Source: Lingula anatina (lineage: Eukaryota; Animalia; Brachiopoda). Taken from it: a stretch of DNA of 64,000 nucleotides. This document shows positions 51,564 through 64,000 of this stretch, in pieces (positions within the stretch are counted from its first letter, which is position 1; each line of letters begins with the position of its first letter). Position numbers and translations under genes: made by a program. Location: positions 27,410,401-27,474,400 of the forward strand of contig CM120641.1 in assembly GCA_051362555.1 (NCBI GenBank), in the 5' to 3' direction. The notes under the pieces were generated by a model, which ran no database searches, was not told where the DNA came from, and saw only the letters and a list, made by a program, of their open reading frames with translations.

Positions 51564-51699
51564 TGTAATCAATCAAGTGCCGTTATTTTTTTCTATCAGA
51601 AACCCATAGTCAAAGATAGATCGACCTGAAGACGTAGATCCAGAAGCGCCAGTGCGCCATGAATGTGGTGGCAACAGTAACACATGTAATCATCAGAGC

Positions 51700-51900
51700 C
51701 TGCGGGTCCGCTTTGATGTGTCGAGGAGCCTCTCAGCGAAATCTCTCCAATCTTTCTCCCTGCCTCTTCAACTCCCTCGCCCGCTGTTCTTCGGTTTAGT
51801 GCAAATACAAACAAATTATGGTAGATGATTGGCCTAACGGAGTGAGTTTCGTAAATATGCCAATCACGGGAGCACGTCGATGAGCCAAGCGAGGAGACAG
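51700..51900 (-). promoter_or_regulatory. Candidate Wnt6 proximal promoter
   Basis: Relatively GC-rich stretch with two opposed CCAAT boxes (ATTGG ~51828, CCAAT ~51860), CACGT (~51873) and a TCF site CTTTGAT (51711-51717), 150-330 bp upstream of the ATG. Confidence 0.35.
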
Positions 51901-54900
51901 TGAATGCTTGATTCAGTTCCGGGAGGTCAAACACTTCGTCAGAGCAGGCTGGAATTCATTCCTGTCAATTTTACTACCCCATATTTTCATCAAAAGCCTT
52001 GGAATTACGTAATTGTGCAGCAAACGGTTTTGCCTGAGCAGTGCTGCGTCTTCTCAATGTCAAATACCTAGGGACTTAATGCGCAGCGTCTTAACATTTC
52101 TAGGAGGCCGATTTGACCTGAAATTCACGTGGTTCATTATCAAATTAAAATGGCGCGCGGTCCTAATCGAATTCTACTCTTGGAAAGGTTACCCAATGCA
52201 ATGAACAATGGATAGTGTTTTCTACACAGAAAAAAAAATTATCGGAGAAAATAGCGGAAAACTAATTCGTATTCGTAGATTCGGTCCCTTTATTAATGTC
52301 TTTTGTGTCTGGTTCGTGTCACAGTAACGTCCTTTTCACCTTATTATTCAAACATTCCCGTTTCATGCTTTGCGCTTAAATCATATAAACAGATCTTTTA
52401 TTACAATTGGTGGTATAAAAGAGTCGTTGTCTATTCAGTGCGAAAGGGCCATTAAACCTAGATATTGTGGTAAATATCTCATGACTTTTATGTGAACATA
52501 CCTGACAAAGCAGCAGCATCTAAAGGTGCAGCACCGTTTCAATCGGCCTGTTTGTTTCAAGTTTGGCCTATGAATATTCCGTCCTATATTTTAATTGTTT
52601 ACAGTTTGTAAACATCAAAATATAAGCAACGAGAAAAAATAATTACAGAATATGAAATGAGAGAAATTAATAGTTAGGGTATTCAGTTGAATTCAAATTA
52701 GTGGTTGAGTTGAATTCAAAATTGAATATTGACCAATCAAAATAAATAAAGAAAGAAAGAAATAAAAACTAAGAAAAACAGAGAAAAAAGGAAATCCTCT
52801 GGAAAATTAAGCAAGTTTATTTGTCAGCGAAATTTGAAAAGGAAGACTTCATCAGGTGAACTGTGCTGTACAACCTGCACTTCGAGAGCAACCAGTACAG
52901 GTGCGTTGATGGATTCCGATCATTCTCTGCTAACCACTTGTTGAGCCAGTGATAATTGTATAAAGCAAAATAACACATCGAAAAACTGTAGAAATGAAGA
53001 CGGCATGCGTTGCACGGACTCAGTTCTGGACCCAAAGTTTGCTTTACCAATCATATTAATCGTGTAACTAAGCAAATCGGTTTGGATGGGCTAATTAGGT
53101 AAAAGGGCGAAAAAAGAAAGAAAGAAAGACAGAGAACGAGAGGAGAGAGAGAGGGGAGAGAGTTGAATGTCGAAGTATTCCAAAACGTTTCATACAACAA
53201 TGTATTTTCGTAGTAAATTGCGAAAGGCTATTAAAGCAGAGTTTCCCAGTAGCAAAACACTTAATCACGTGGACTTTGTTTGGTAAAATTAGGTAAAAAG
53301 TATATCAGTCCTTTAAACACAATGGCAACTGGAAATCACGCTGGGAACTTACGTTTTATCTTGACACGGCCAATTGAAATAAACATGCCTTATGAACCGT
53401 AAATGTCGCGGCCTTATGGTCATTAACCATGTAAGTACTTTAGTGAGGCTTCTCTTTCTTCTTTGGTTATAGATACTTAAACACAAGATGCTCACCCAGG
53501 GTTAAAAAGACGAGGACCCCCTGTGTAGTAACATGAAAGAGCACAGCGCACGCGCGCTAGGAGACGCGGCGTGCGAAGATGAAAGGTGCACAGTCGCATG
53601 TGCGTACTGAGCGATTGATGCAAATATAAAGACACAAACTGCCCATATACTCTTGCGTTGTATTGAAAATAAGAATTACCGCTCCAGCCACTATCATATG
53701 TACACGAACTGGAATACTTTTGGTAGTCAACAACAACAAAAAAAAAAAAAAAAAAAAAAAAAAGAAAAAAAAAGAAAAAAAAAAACAAGACTGAAAGACT
53801 ATACGAGAATGATTTTAGATAATACAAGCAGGGTAATATTCTTTTGAGTTTCCTACCTATATAGAGGGTAATGGCTATTATGTCTTTTTTCATATCGATT
53901 TCTGTATGCAATTGAAAGAAATATACATATTTTACCTGTGAATTGAATTCCATTTCATACTAAGCTAAAAAGATTTTATAAAGCACACCTGAATAAAGAT
54001 AAAGTAATAAAATGTCAGTTTTTCTCCATTATATTTTAAAAAACATATTGCTGCGGATATGCAATAAAACACGCACAAACAGTATATAGCAGAATTTTTA
54101 AAAAAAGCTGTATTGATTTGGTAAATTGTTTTTAGAATTGATATGCTTATTGTAATTTCGCATTGCTTCATTTCGTATAAAACAGAGCAACGTCTCCTAT
54201 CTATTTATTGAGCATCAATTAGTTGGTAATGACAGTATGATTTGATAAGGCAGGCACATTGAGTAGTTAGCCTTAAGATGTGTTTCTTATATTTTTATGG
54301 TAATAAGGTTTGTGGATCGAATGATACACAACATGTTTGATATAGAACGAGACAATCCATTCCAACGTTTAGATTGATCCTCTAAGCGTTGTGCAATTTC
54401 AGGAGAGGGACACACGTACACTAAACCTTGTGACACCGTTCACGGACATTTTTCTTAAATATTATTTCCTTTTACATAACATTGTTTACAAATACGCAGC
54501 AAAAACAGAGAGGTAAAAGAAACAAAATGAAGGTTATAACTTGAGTGCTACAAGAAGTCCAAACTGTTTAGTCCTCGTGCTAGAAAAACCTGGTAAAAAC
54601 TGGATATGTGATGATATAGAGTTGCGTCTATCTTAAACACAGCGGCTCTCAGTGTTAAGAGTTAAGCTTTGCCTAATGTGCGTTCAGTAACATTAACCAT
54701 ACCAGGCCAATAAAGCTATCACTTTGACTGTTGCAAATGAATATATCAGATGGGTAAAATTGATGTAAACCCGGGGTGTGCTGCAAAGCTAAGGTAAATA
54801 AAGGTCCTTTACGGCTACCGTATTTACACCATAAATCTAAGACCGACCCTGCTGCGCCGTAGTAAAAAAAAACGCGGCTGATCTGCTTCGGGGCGATTAG

Positions 54901-55736
54901 AAATGCACTTATTGACCTTTCAAAAGACTTAAACAATTGGACGAAAACCCTTCTTCATGTTGACAGCGCAGAATCAAAACTGTGCGTCAACAGATATGAT
55001 AAGATTCAACATATGAAAATTATTTCACAATCGCGTCAAGGAGAAGACCGTGCTGCGCCCTATCGATGAGCGGCGTCACCACAATTGATATTTAATCCCG
55101 TTTTAGACATGTAACTAATGATAGTCATACAGCTTTTAATTTCCCACTAAAGATACTTTAAAGGTGACTGGTATTGAAAGAAGAATGTTTAAATATTGTT
55201 CATTGACGGGCAAGACTGAAATGATCGGTGTTCTTTCGCTCGCAATGTATAGGCCTACTGGGCGAAACAATGCGCTTAAAACTTCAGCTAAAAACTTACA
55301 GTGTTTGTATTGGGCTTGAGTACTTTGAATTTTTTTTAATTTTAAACTTTTCATTTTCATTCTGATCTGTTCATTTTTCCATGACGTAAGAGAGCAAGAT
55401 AAATTGTCTTCCACCCAACATTGTTTTCCACTTGTCACCCTAAAATAACCCTCTGTTTACATTTACCAAGGTCAGTTGGGGCTGTCGGTGATTTTAATGC
55501 AAAACGAAAAACGCGTTGTGTATTCGATTATGGTGAAACGAAACACAATGCTGTAGCAGTTCCGGCAGGATATCAAGAGGGATCCTAAGTCGTTCTCCGT
55601 CAAAGAGGAGATACGTTTGACCCCACAATTACACCAAAAACAGATAAATTATTTAAATTCTAATCATCGACTAAATGTTTTATTCTAAGGAGTCATCTGT
55701 CGTGTGGCACATTTTCACACGCGCGTATAATGTGTT

Positions 55737-55739
<3 letters not shown>

Positions 55740-55774
<35 letters not shown>
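55740..55774. repeat. (AC)n microsatellite
   Basis: Direct reading. Confidence 0.9.
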
Positions 55775-55777
<3 letters not shown>

Positions 55778-57974
55778 TGAATGTTTATTAAAATGGATGG
55801 CGCAGGGAGGGACACCTATTCCATCTTCTTTCTTTCCCACCCCCCAAAAAGGAAGAAATAAAAAAAAAAGAAAATAATCCAGTACAACAAGCGAATTGTG
55901 ACAAAAACAAACACCTTCCCATCTCTATGCCCTGCATATAACAGTAGAATTGTGCTTGCTTCCTGTTTTTTATTGTTTATTCCTATTTTAATCATTGCAT
56001 CCCCTCCTCCATTGGCAAAATCCTGAAACCGCCAAAAGACAACGAAGGTTATTTTGACGCGACGAATTAAATACAATTAACGATTTTTTTAGTGGTGGGG
56101 GAAGGCTTCTTCGATGTTTTCGACAAATGAGTTTTGATTTCAAAATGCTCTATCTTACCCTGCCCGCATATCTAAATTTTATATTTATTCTTCGCGTAGA
56201 AACGCAGAGTTCAAGCTGGGGATATTTATTTTCCGACTGCGTGCGACTGTCATCATCGCTTACTATTTAAAAAGTGCGAAGTTACCAGCTCGTAATTGAA
56301 TTCATTTAGGGTAGATAGATACGTCAAATCGACTAAAAAGAGGAGGATATATGGTCGCTGCTATCACAACTGCGCTTAACTTTGTGTTTTTTCTATCCTG
56401 ATTGAATTATCCACTGTTGGGGGCCACAACGACTCTGAATTTTACCGATACCAAGGATAGAAGAAAATATCTCTAACTAACAACTTATAGCCCAACTGCT
56501 ACTCCTTTGACCGCATAGACCTACGATACTTTGAGATTGAAACCGTCCCTATCGGACGGAAATAACACTTGATGTTCTGTGAAATCTGTTCGACAAATAT
56601 AGCGAATTTCAAAGCTACTGCATATAGTAAGTAATTGTGAAGTATATATAGATCTATACGGAATTTAAATCACTCAAAATACGTCAATAAAAGTTTATGT
56701 GTACAATTACAAATGAGTAGATAAAACTTCACTCGACAAACGAATCCGTAAGGGGGGGGGGGGGAGAGAGGCAGTGATGACTCAAGCAGACGCACCCTTC
56801 ATGCAATTTTTTTCATAAAAACTTTTCAATTTTATTTACAGTTTCTTGTTATCGTTCTTGGATTGCGCCCAGAATTCGAGGAAAGCGATTATTCATTTCC
56901 GTTTCTTGTTATAGCATTTTTTTCTTTGAGCGACATGCACCAGGTACCAGGAAAAGGCTTATTTATTTCTTGCTGTTTACCCAAAAATCTGTTGAGGACT
57001 TGTCACCTGTCCAAAACCAAACCGGGAGTCTTATGATTAATTCTACTAACGCCCCTATATATACTTTTTTGTTTTAGTTCTACCGCATACAGCGTTTAAG
57101 CACCATTGTTGTTTTAAATACTGAAATGAGATTGAATAACGAAGATTAACGATACTTAACGCCATCATTATTTAATGTGTGCCAAGCAGAAAATCATTTA
57201 ACAAATGCGACTGCTTGTAAATCAGCCTAAACATGCCGGTAGTTGTATGAAAGGATAAGCAAAACAGGCACACGGACCAAGCTTTTCACTCAACTTTTAT
57301 TTCTCTCTGTCATAAATTCCCAGCAGAACTTTGAACCGACCGTAAATTCTGCTGAAGTACAGCGTAAAAATACCCTTTATTGACTTGTATGTTTGGTTGT
57401 TTGTAAAATCACCTATGTTGAATGACTTCAGCCAACTGGTTTTAAACTGAGAGATTTTTTGGGTTACATATAACATGGAGCTGCATTGAACATTTGGTCT
57501 CATTTTCTGTTGCTGAAAATATACGGTTGATTGCCTGAAAGAGGCATTTCGTGTTAAAAGTATCGATGAACAATTTTTGTAAATGAAAAAGTTTCAAGGG
57601 ACCGTTCGTAAAATTTTGTTGCAAAAAATGCCGAATCCTCCTGGCTTCATTGCAAATATTTTTATTTAGTTTCACTTTTTAGAGCTCAAACTTTAGACAG
57701 AAGAAAAATGCTATCTAGACAGAAAACAGAGATTTACAACTAAAAAAATCCACAAAAGCTACGATACTACTAATCATTTACCAATTTTAACCTGAGATTT
57801 CATGCTAGTTGGTAAGTCGTTAGCCTTTGATACGTAGTGTGCAATTCCACTTAAATACTCGGGCAAAAGGATAAAGGATAAAAGTCATATTACATGTACC
57901 CCTACTCTCTGTCCCCTTTGACTGGGCAACGGTTAATTTAGAAGATGAATGCATTGTGTTCATATAAACACGTG

Positions 57975-57975
<1 letters not shown>

Positions 57976-58007
<32 letters not shown>
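57976..58007. repeat. (GA)n microsatellite
   Basis: Direct reading. Confidence 0.9.
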
Positions 58008-58010
<3 letters not shown>

Positions 58011-61000
58011 ATTGCTGATGTTCGTGAAAGCAAACGTTCACACATTTATATGTGTTTATATTTCACAAGTTAAGTGATATTTCTCGATTTTTTTACACAT
58101 AAAATGTTGCAATGCTGTTTGACGAACAAGTCTAAACCTGCATCATTTCGTTTGAATTCTCTGTCCACTATATGCAAATTCCTCTTTTAATTACGCAGTA
58201 TTACAAGGGTACGAATTTCATTGTATTGAACACGACCTCTCACTCCCTTTATATGTATCATTGTTCAGGAATCTCTGTGCATACTTTGATTATCGCCAAT
58301 CGGAAACGATCCGGATTAACTGAAGTTCTGCAGACGATTGAATTACACTGTTAATTACTCGGTTAATTTACAAGCATGTTTGTATCTATTAATTACAAAA
58401 AGCCATGTTTAAGAGGTAAGGGTTTTGTTGATTTGTTCAGGTATTTGAACTTTTAGGCAACGAGAAATAGATAGCGAGGATTAGCTGCTTGAAAAGGTCG
58501 AAATATTAAAAGTGACGTTCTTAAGATTACACAGACCCATCTCTTGCTTTGAGAAAAAAGAAAGCAATAGTTTACAAACATTAATCCATTGCAAACAAAT
58601 TCGTTTGTATATCGGTAATCCTGCGTAAAAATTCCACTCTGTCATCACCCGGAGAGTAGATCAGAGATCGTCTGCCATTCTAACACATCATTTTCGCTCT
58701 ATTTTGCGTGTTAAACTTGTGGTGCTATTCGCGCCTTTTCACATTAAAGGGCTTTCGTCCAAGAAGAGACCCCCTAAATGGCTTTTATTTAACAAATAAT
58801 ACTATCTGCTTGACGTCTGCTGAACGAGGGACTGATCTGCATACAATATACAACACTGATCCAATTTCAAACAGACGACTGAAACACAAGCAAATTTTAA
58901 AAACAAACCATACTAACGGGGAATTTTTAACAGAGGACATTTCTGACGAAAACGTTGTGGCAGAAGTTCATAAAACCACTTACACCGCTGACAAAACTCA
59001 TACAGCGCGTGGCCTTAGGGTCCCTCTTCAAAGAAAATCGATGTTTATTTTTTTCTTAAACAATATATTTCTTTAACGTTTCTGTGGCCTGTGTGGCACA
59101 GACCATGAATTCCAACATGCCAGCAACTACGAGTCCAGCGCAATAACCGTTCTAATCATGCATGTCGTGCCTATTGTTTGCCTACGCTCTAAATGCCTCA
59201 TCTTCTAACTGAACGTGACGCGGCTATACACGGAGGCAGGGTACACCGACTTCTCTGTGTTCTCGTTGTGACGACAAGCGCCTTGACAGCCGGCTCGACC
59301 TCCTCCCTCGCGGTTGAGCCAACACCCCCATTTGGAAGCTGCGCATCATTGATAAAGGGACGGCGCTAGGGTGCAGCGATGACAAGAGAGTGCACGAGCA
59401 GGAAATAATCAAGAGGGCAATTAAGAGCAATTTGCGGAAGCGATTCGGTTACCTGGCCCCAACCGCGGTGTTTTCATGGGGTTTGGTTCATAGGGAGTGC
59501 TGCGCATAATCAACACCGCTAAAAGTTCCAGAAATGGGAAATATTTGCAACTTGTGTAACCACGTTGGACCATGATGTTGTTTGCATAGTTGAATCAGTA
59601 ACAGGCACAAAAACAGACTATTCCTCGGCTTGCCCACGTGATGCAGTTCAGATGGCATGCGCAACTAAAAGAACATCAGCGGCAGAAACCAGTGCACGAG
59701 AAACATTTTTCATTGACGGCCTCAGGAGGGGGTTCCAAGATTAGAGACGAGAAGAGAAGAAGAGACGAAAACGACTGAGCTACGCCTGATTAATGCGTGT
59801 TCTTCTTACGCACGATGTAGATGAGGGAGCTTCTCCAGGCTACACCACCATAATCCATCTGATAGTGCGGTACTATGTTTATGACAGAACTGCCTGTTGT
59901 GGTTGCAAAGAACTTTAAGTGCAGGGTCAGACGACGAACTCTGGAGTTTCAGCATGCAGGCGTTATGCCCAATAATTATATTTTTAACAATACTGGGTCA
60001 GACAAGAATGAGGTAGGTTCCTCCATCTTCTTTTACATTTTGCGCGCCAACAGCAATTTTTGCTTGTCTGCCAAATTACGGCGATACGCTAGATTAGACT
60101 TAGGTCTGGGCCAAAATGTTCTTAAAATGAGAAAATTTTGGAGCTATCATCACTTATCAGGGGTTAGCCATTAACCATGACTTTCGGCAAGACGATCAAT
60201 AACACACCATAATTTGCTTCCCTTACAGGCTTCGGGCACTTTGCTCTTCAAAATATCACCTCCCTTAGGAAACTTCTACTGCAACAACCCATCAGCTTCT
60301 GCATTCGCTATTAGATACGATTGCTGAATGCTATAAAAACGTGCCAATTACATAAAGTAACCCTTTACTTAGCAATTTAAGTTTTTTCCCTGAGTGGATC
60401 GAGAATATTTTCTAAATGCGAAAAACAGAATGTGAAAGGAAAATGCTTCTTACTAGAAATTGGGCGACCATGAGCGACAGCAACGTCGTCCATCAATGAG
60501 CCGAAGACGTGAGCATGTCGAAATTTATGTTCAAAAATGACCCCAGGAGTGCCAGAAAACGTTCAGTATCCATGAACAAACGTAATAAATAGCGAACTTT
60601 ATAGAAACAACTATCGTAAGTTCAGATACTATGTGCAAATATTTTGACAAGACCTCAGACTTGCTACGGGCGAACAGCATAGCAGAGGTTTTTCATTCAC
60701 GTAGGGAAGAAGTACGGCAATAATTATGGTGCAGAGTTACGGGAAGAAATTAAACCACGTGTTCTGGGAGGTAAATTTCTGTCGACGATATAAGAAAATG
60801 AAATATCAGCACTGTCACATAAAAATCAAATTCGCCGATTATCTAATTTTTCTATGTCTTGGTAAAGATAAAATGTCCAGTGGGTACAAATGATTAACGC
60901 TTATCACTTTGATATACACGTTTATAGAAGCGCCACGTACTTTTACCTATTTTTTCTAAACATCATAGACGGTGAAGCGTATATTTAGTAAGTCTCATGG

Positions 61001-63692
61001 CCTCTGCCTAATGTTTGAAGGCACAGCACACTGAGATCGTCTTCAGAAGTGTAACAGGAATTATCTGACAAGATGGTTTTTAATGTAACCAGTCCCAAGT
61101 TTGCTTGAGGGGGTGTACTTTACGTTAAGGTGCGGTACTGAGCAACTAGAAAACTTTATTTACTTTGGCATGTGCTCTTTTGACACCTTTTTGACATCCT
61201 TTTTTTCTGCAATTCCCAACAGCCACCTTCCAATATACCCTTAGCAGGAGGTCTCAGGATTTTTGGAAGCGATGAGAAAAATGTTTTTACGCTTATTTAA
61301 TTGTCCAGGAAACGGTTTACTGACTAAGAACGATTTTATTGTTATTTATGTTGCAAGGCTGAGTTTTCTCATTAGGCGCTGAATAAAGATCTAGACCACC
61401 TTGTGATCTACGTCACTGAACGTAACTGCCTTGTAACATGTCAAGGGTGGTTTTCTATTAATTGGTCATTTTCTGAAGAGGTCAGCTGCATGTACTGCTA
61501 TGGCTATTGCAGTTAACGTGTGACTTCGGTACATATACATGCAGATAATATATTGCGGTAATTTATCCTTACTTCAGAGTTCCGCGAAGGGCACAGTAAT
61601 TCATGCTTATGTACCTTTGCTTGAACTGGTGAAAGGAAGGAGAAATAAATCCAGCGTTTATGTCAGAATACCCCTCCAACAAGCCAGTTTGTCATGTAGG
61701 TTCGGTGTTCATTTCATATTTGGGATCAGCAGGTGCAAGACCAAGTATTCCAGACTTAGAGCACAACAATACAATATTCCCTTGCCAGAACGATCAACTT
61801 CTTTTTTTTTTTTTTTCGCGCGCGCGGTTTGCCAACGTTAACGTCACAACGTAAATTAATGGACAACAGTTATTCGTATTTTGGAGAACTATTCCCTTGA
61901 TTACGTTAATGATATAAGTCACGGGCTTAACAGGTGAGAAAACAATGTCAAGCACTTATAATCCCCCGTGCTACCTCTCCACCTCCCAAGTCTCTTTCTA
62001 GACGTATAAGCAACTACTGTACCAGGCAGGGGTTACTATGGTCTTGTTCTACCTCTGGTACAGTAGGCCGAACATATTGCTTAATTATGAAGACGCACAA
62101 AAACGGTCAAACCAAATACTAACACAACTTGTTCTGTCAATCTGGGCTATGTCCGACTGAGAACACCACGGGTTTTCAGCCTTTCCGTGCCATGTGTTGA
62201 AGGAAAATTTTAAACGAGCCCGGCCCAAGGTTGCCTCCCGTTAAGTATTGGTGTAAGCCCAACGGATGGGAACTGTTATAAGGTCAAATAAAGATAACTG
62301 CCTTTCGTTTTTATATTATTTTTGTTATCATTTAGTTGACAAATGAAAATGTGTGCTTTCGTGCTGCGTTCGATATCTGAATTACCGAAAACAAGAAACA
62401 ACGTTAACTCCACTGCGCCGAGGTAGGACGAGGAGAATTCAGTTTGATGGAATAACAGAAACCTAAACGAGCACACAAAACGAAAACTGTGTTGTCAAGT
62501 TTTTTTTATCTCACTTAAAAATAACATGCTTACTTGTCAGTTATGTTACAGTTCAGAGAATATTAATACACATATTGCTAAGTTACGCCTTATGGTACAA
62601 AAAACGTACCCCCATTACTTGAATAACATTCGTCATTAAGTATATTTTCATGTTAAATTTAACTTCAACGCCCATCCCTGCAGCCCCGGTTGACCCCCCC
62701 TTGTAAAACAATGTGAGGTAGTAGGCCATAGCCTTTGCTCGGTAATCAATAGCAAATTGGATGTGATTCCCATAGCTTGGGGTCGGCGTGAAAAGCAACA
62801 GCATTACATAAGTGACAAGTAGCGGCTGAAATCTACACCATATTTCGCTGACAAATCGCATCGTGTTTGCCGTCTAATCACTGGAGAGCAGCGCGTTCTG
62901 ATGCCCCTCAGTTGCTCAAGTGTTAAATGTTATGCTAAATATGATAAGACGTGGCATAGAGCTGGCGTTTTTTATGTTTTCTGAAGTTGCTTCTCGGTTT
63001 TACAGTGGCCGACCACAGCTCCGTTTACAGGTCTTTCTACATCATTTACCTTAGGCAATCTTTTTTATTACCAAACTCTAACTATTTAAGTCTGGAATAA
63101 ATGGTAAACAAGAACTTGTTATATGACCTTAAAATGCGCCGCTGGACCTGGCTTATATATGTACAATATTGAAAGGGCCAAGATAGGGACATTCTTCATG
63201 AGGAAATACTATGTACTATGACTTATATTTGGAAGTACATACATAATAATAATAAAGCACAATACTAATGGTGTTATTAAACTTTTAGACTTCTCCAATA
63301 ACAATCAATTCCAATATCAACACTAAGCTAATGGTCACAATCAACCTGCACGGTGGATATTTCAAAGAAAAATTGTAATAACTAAAACAACTTTTTGTAA
63401 AATACCAACCTGAAGCTTTTTACATGTAAATGCCGCAAAATCTCTCCAAATATCGTTGAGTAAACTCTTTTACTGATCGACATATCGACACGCCCGGTGG
63501 TTCATTTTTAGGGACACTATATACACGTAAGTGTGTTTAAGATTTATTCCAACGCTTGAACCCATGTAATGTTATAACTCTTCAAAAGACGTAAAAGAAG
63601 ATATAAAGAAGAAAAATATGTTAACGGCGAAAACAAACAATTTGAGTCACTGAAATAGCGATGCCAACAACAACAACAATAATAATAATACT

Positions 63693-63793
<101 letters not shown>

Positions 63794-64000
63794 GTAAAAG
63801 AAAAGGTTACATGTTAAAAATATAAGTATTTATTTAGTTCTATTTTGTTTGAAACATCAATTTTTTTTTAAATAGTCTCATGCAAGATATATGCAATCTT
63901 GAAATGCCCAGGCATGACACATCTACACAATGACAGTGAATACAGCGTGATTCCTATTCCTGTTTCTTTATTTTTCAGAAGACTGAAAGCAATGTATAGC

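Noticed and set aside
53492-53953. 153-aa ORF on the - strand
   Set aside because: It is kept open by a poly(A/T) tract that gives poly-Phe, and has no recognisable domain.
59224-59430. ORF resembling a secreted peptide precursor (MLLIALLIISCSC...GRRSSRLSRR)
   Set aside because: It starts at TTG, with an in-frame TAA seven codons upstream and no ATG before the hydrophobic stretch. No convincing acceptor or family motif.

Overview
Eukaryotic (animal) genomic DNA, AT-rich and microsatellite-rich, probably a marine invertebrate such as a lophotrochozoan (taxon inferred, not shown). The window holds most of the ancient Wnt gene cluster. Wnt9 (- strand) has its first two coding exons at 2632-2547 and 2185-1884 and continues off the left edge. 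Wnt1/wingless (+) is complete: 5 coding exons, 13848-31494, 371 aa. Wnt6 (-) is complete: 4 coding exons, 51563-36894, 344 aa. The arrangement is Wnt9<- Wnt1-> <-Wnt6, and Wnt10 is expected beyond the right edge but is not visible. All exon joins within the window were checked for splice signals and reading phase. Non-coding highlights: a likely GC-AG intron and two tandem uORFs in Wnt9, six Pumilio elements clustered in the putative Wnt1 3' UTR, a TCF/LEF site cluster in Wnt1 intron 2, a local TAGGCCTA motif cluster, a Helentron-like fragment, a CACTA/EnSpm-like MITE and a perfect 96-bp (TAA)16(TTA)16 palindrome. I saw no prokaryotic-type system, RNA gene or autonomous transposon; most ORF-track entries are spurious.
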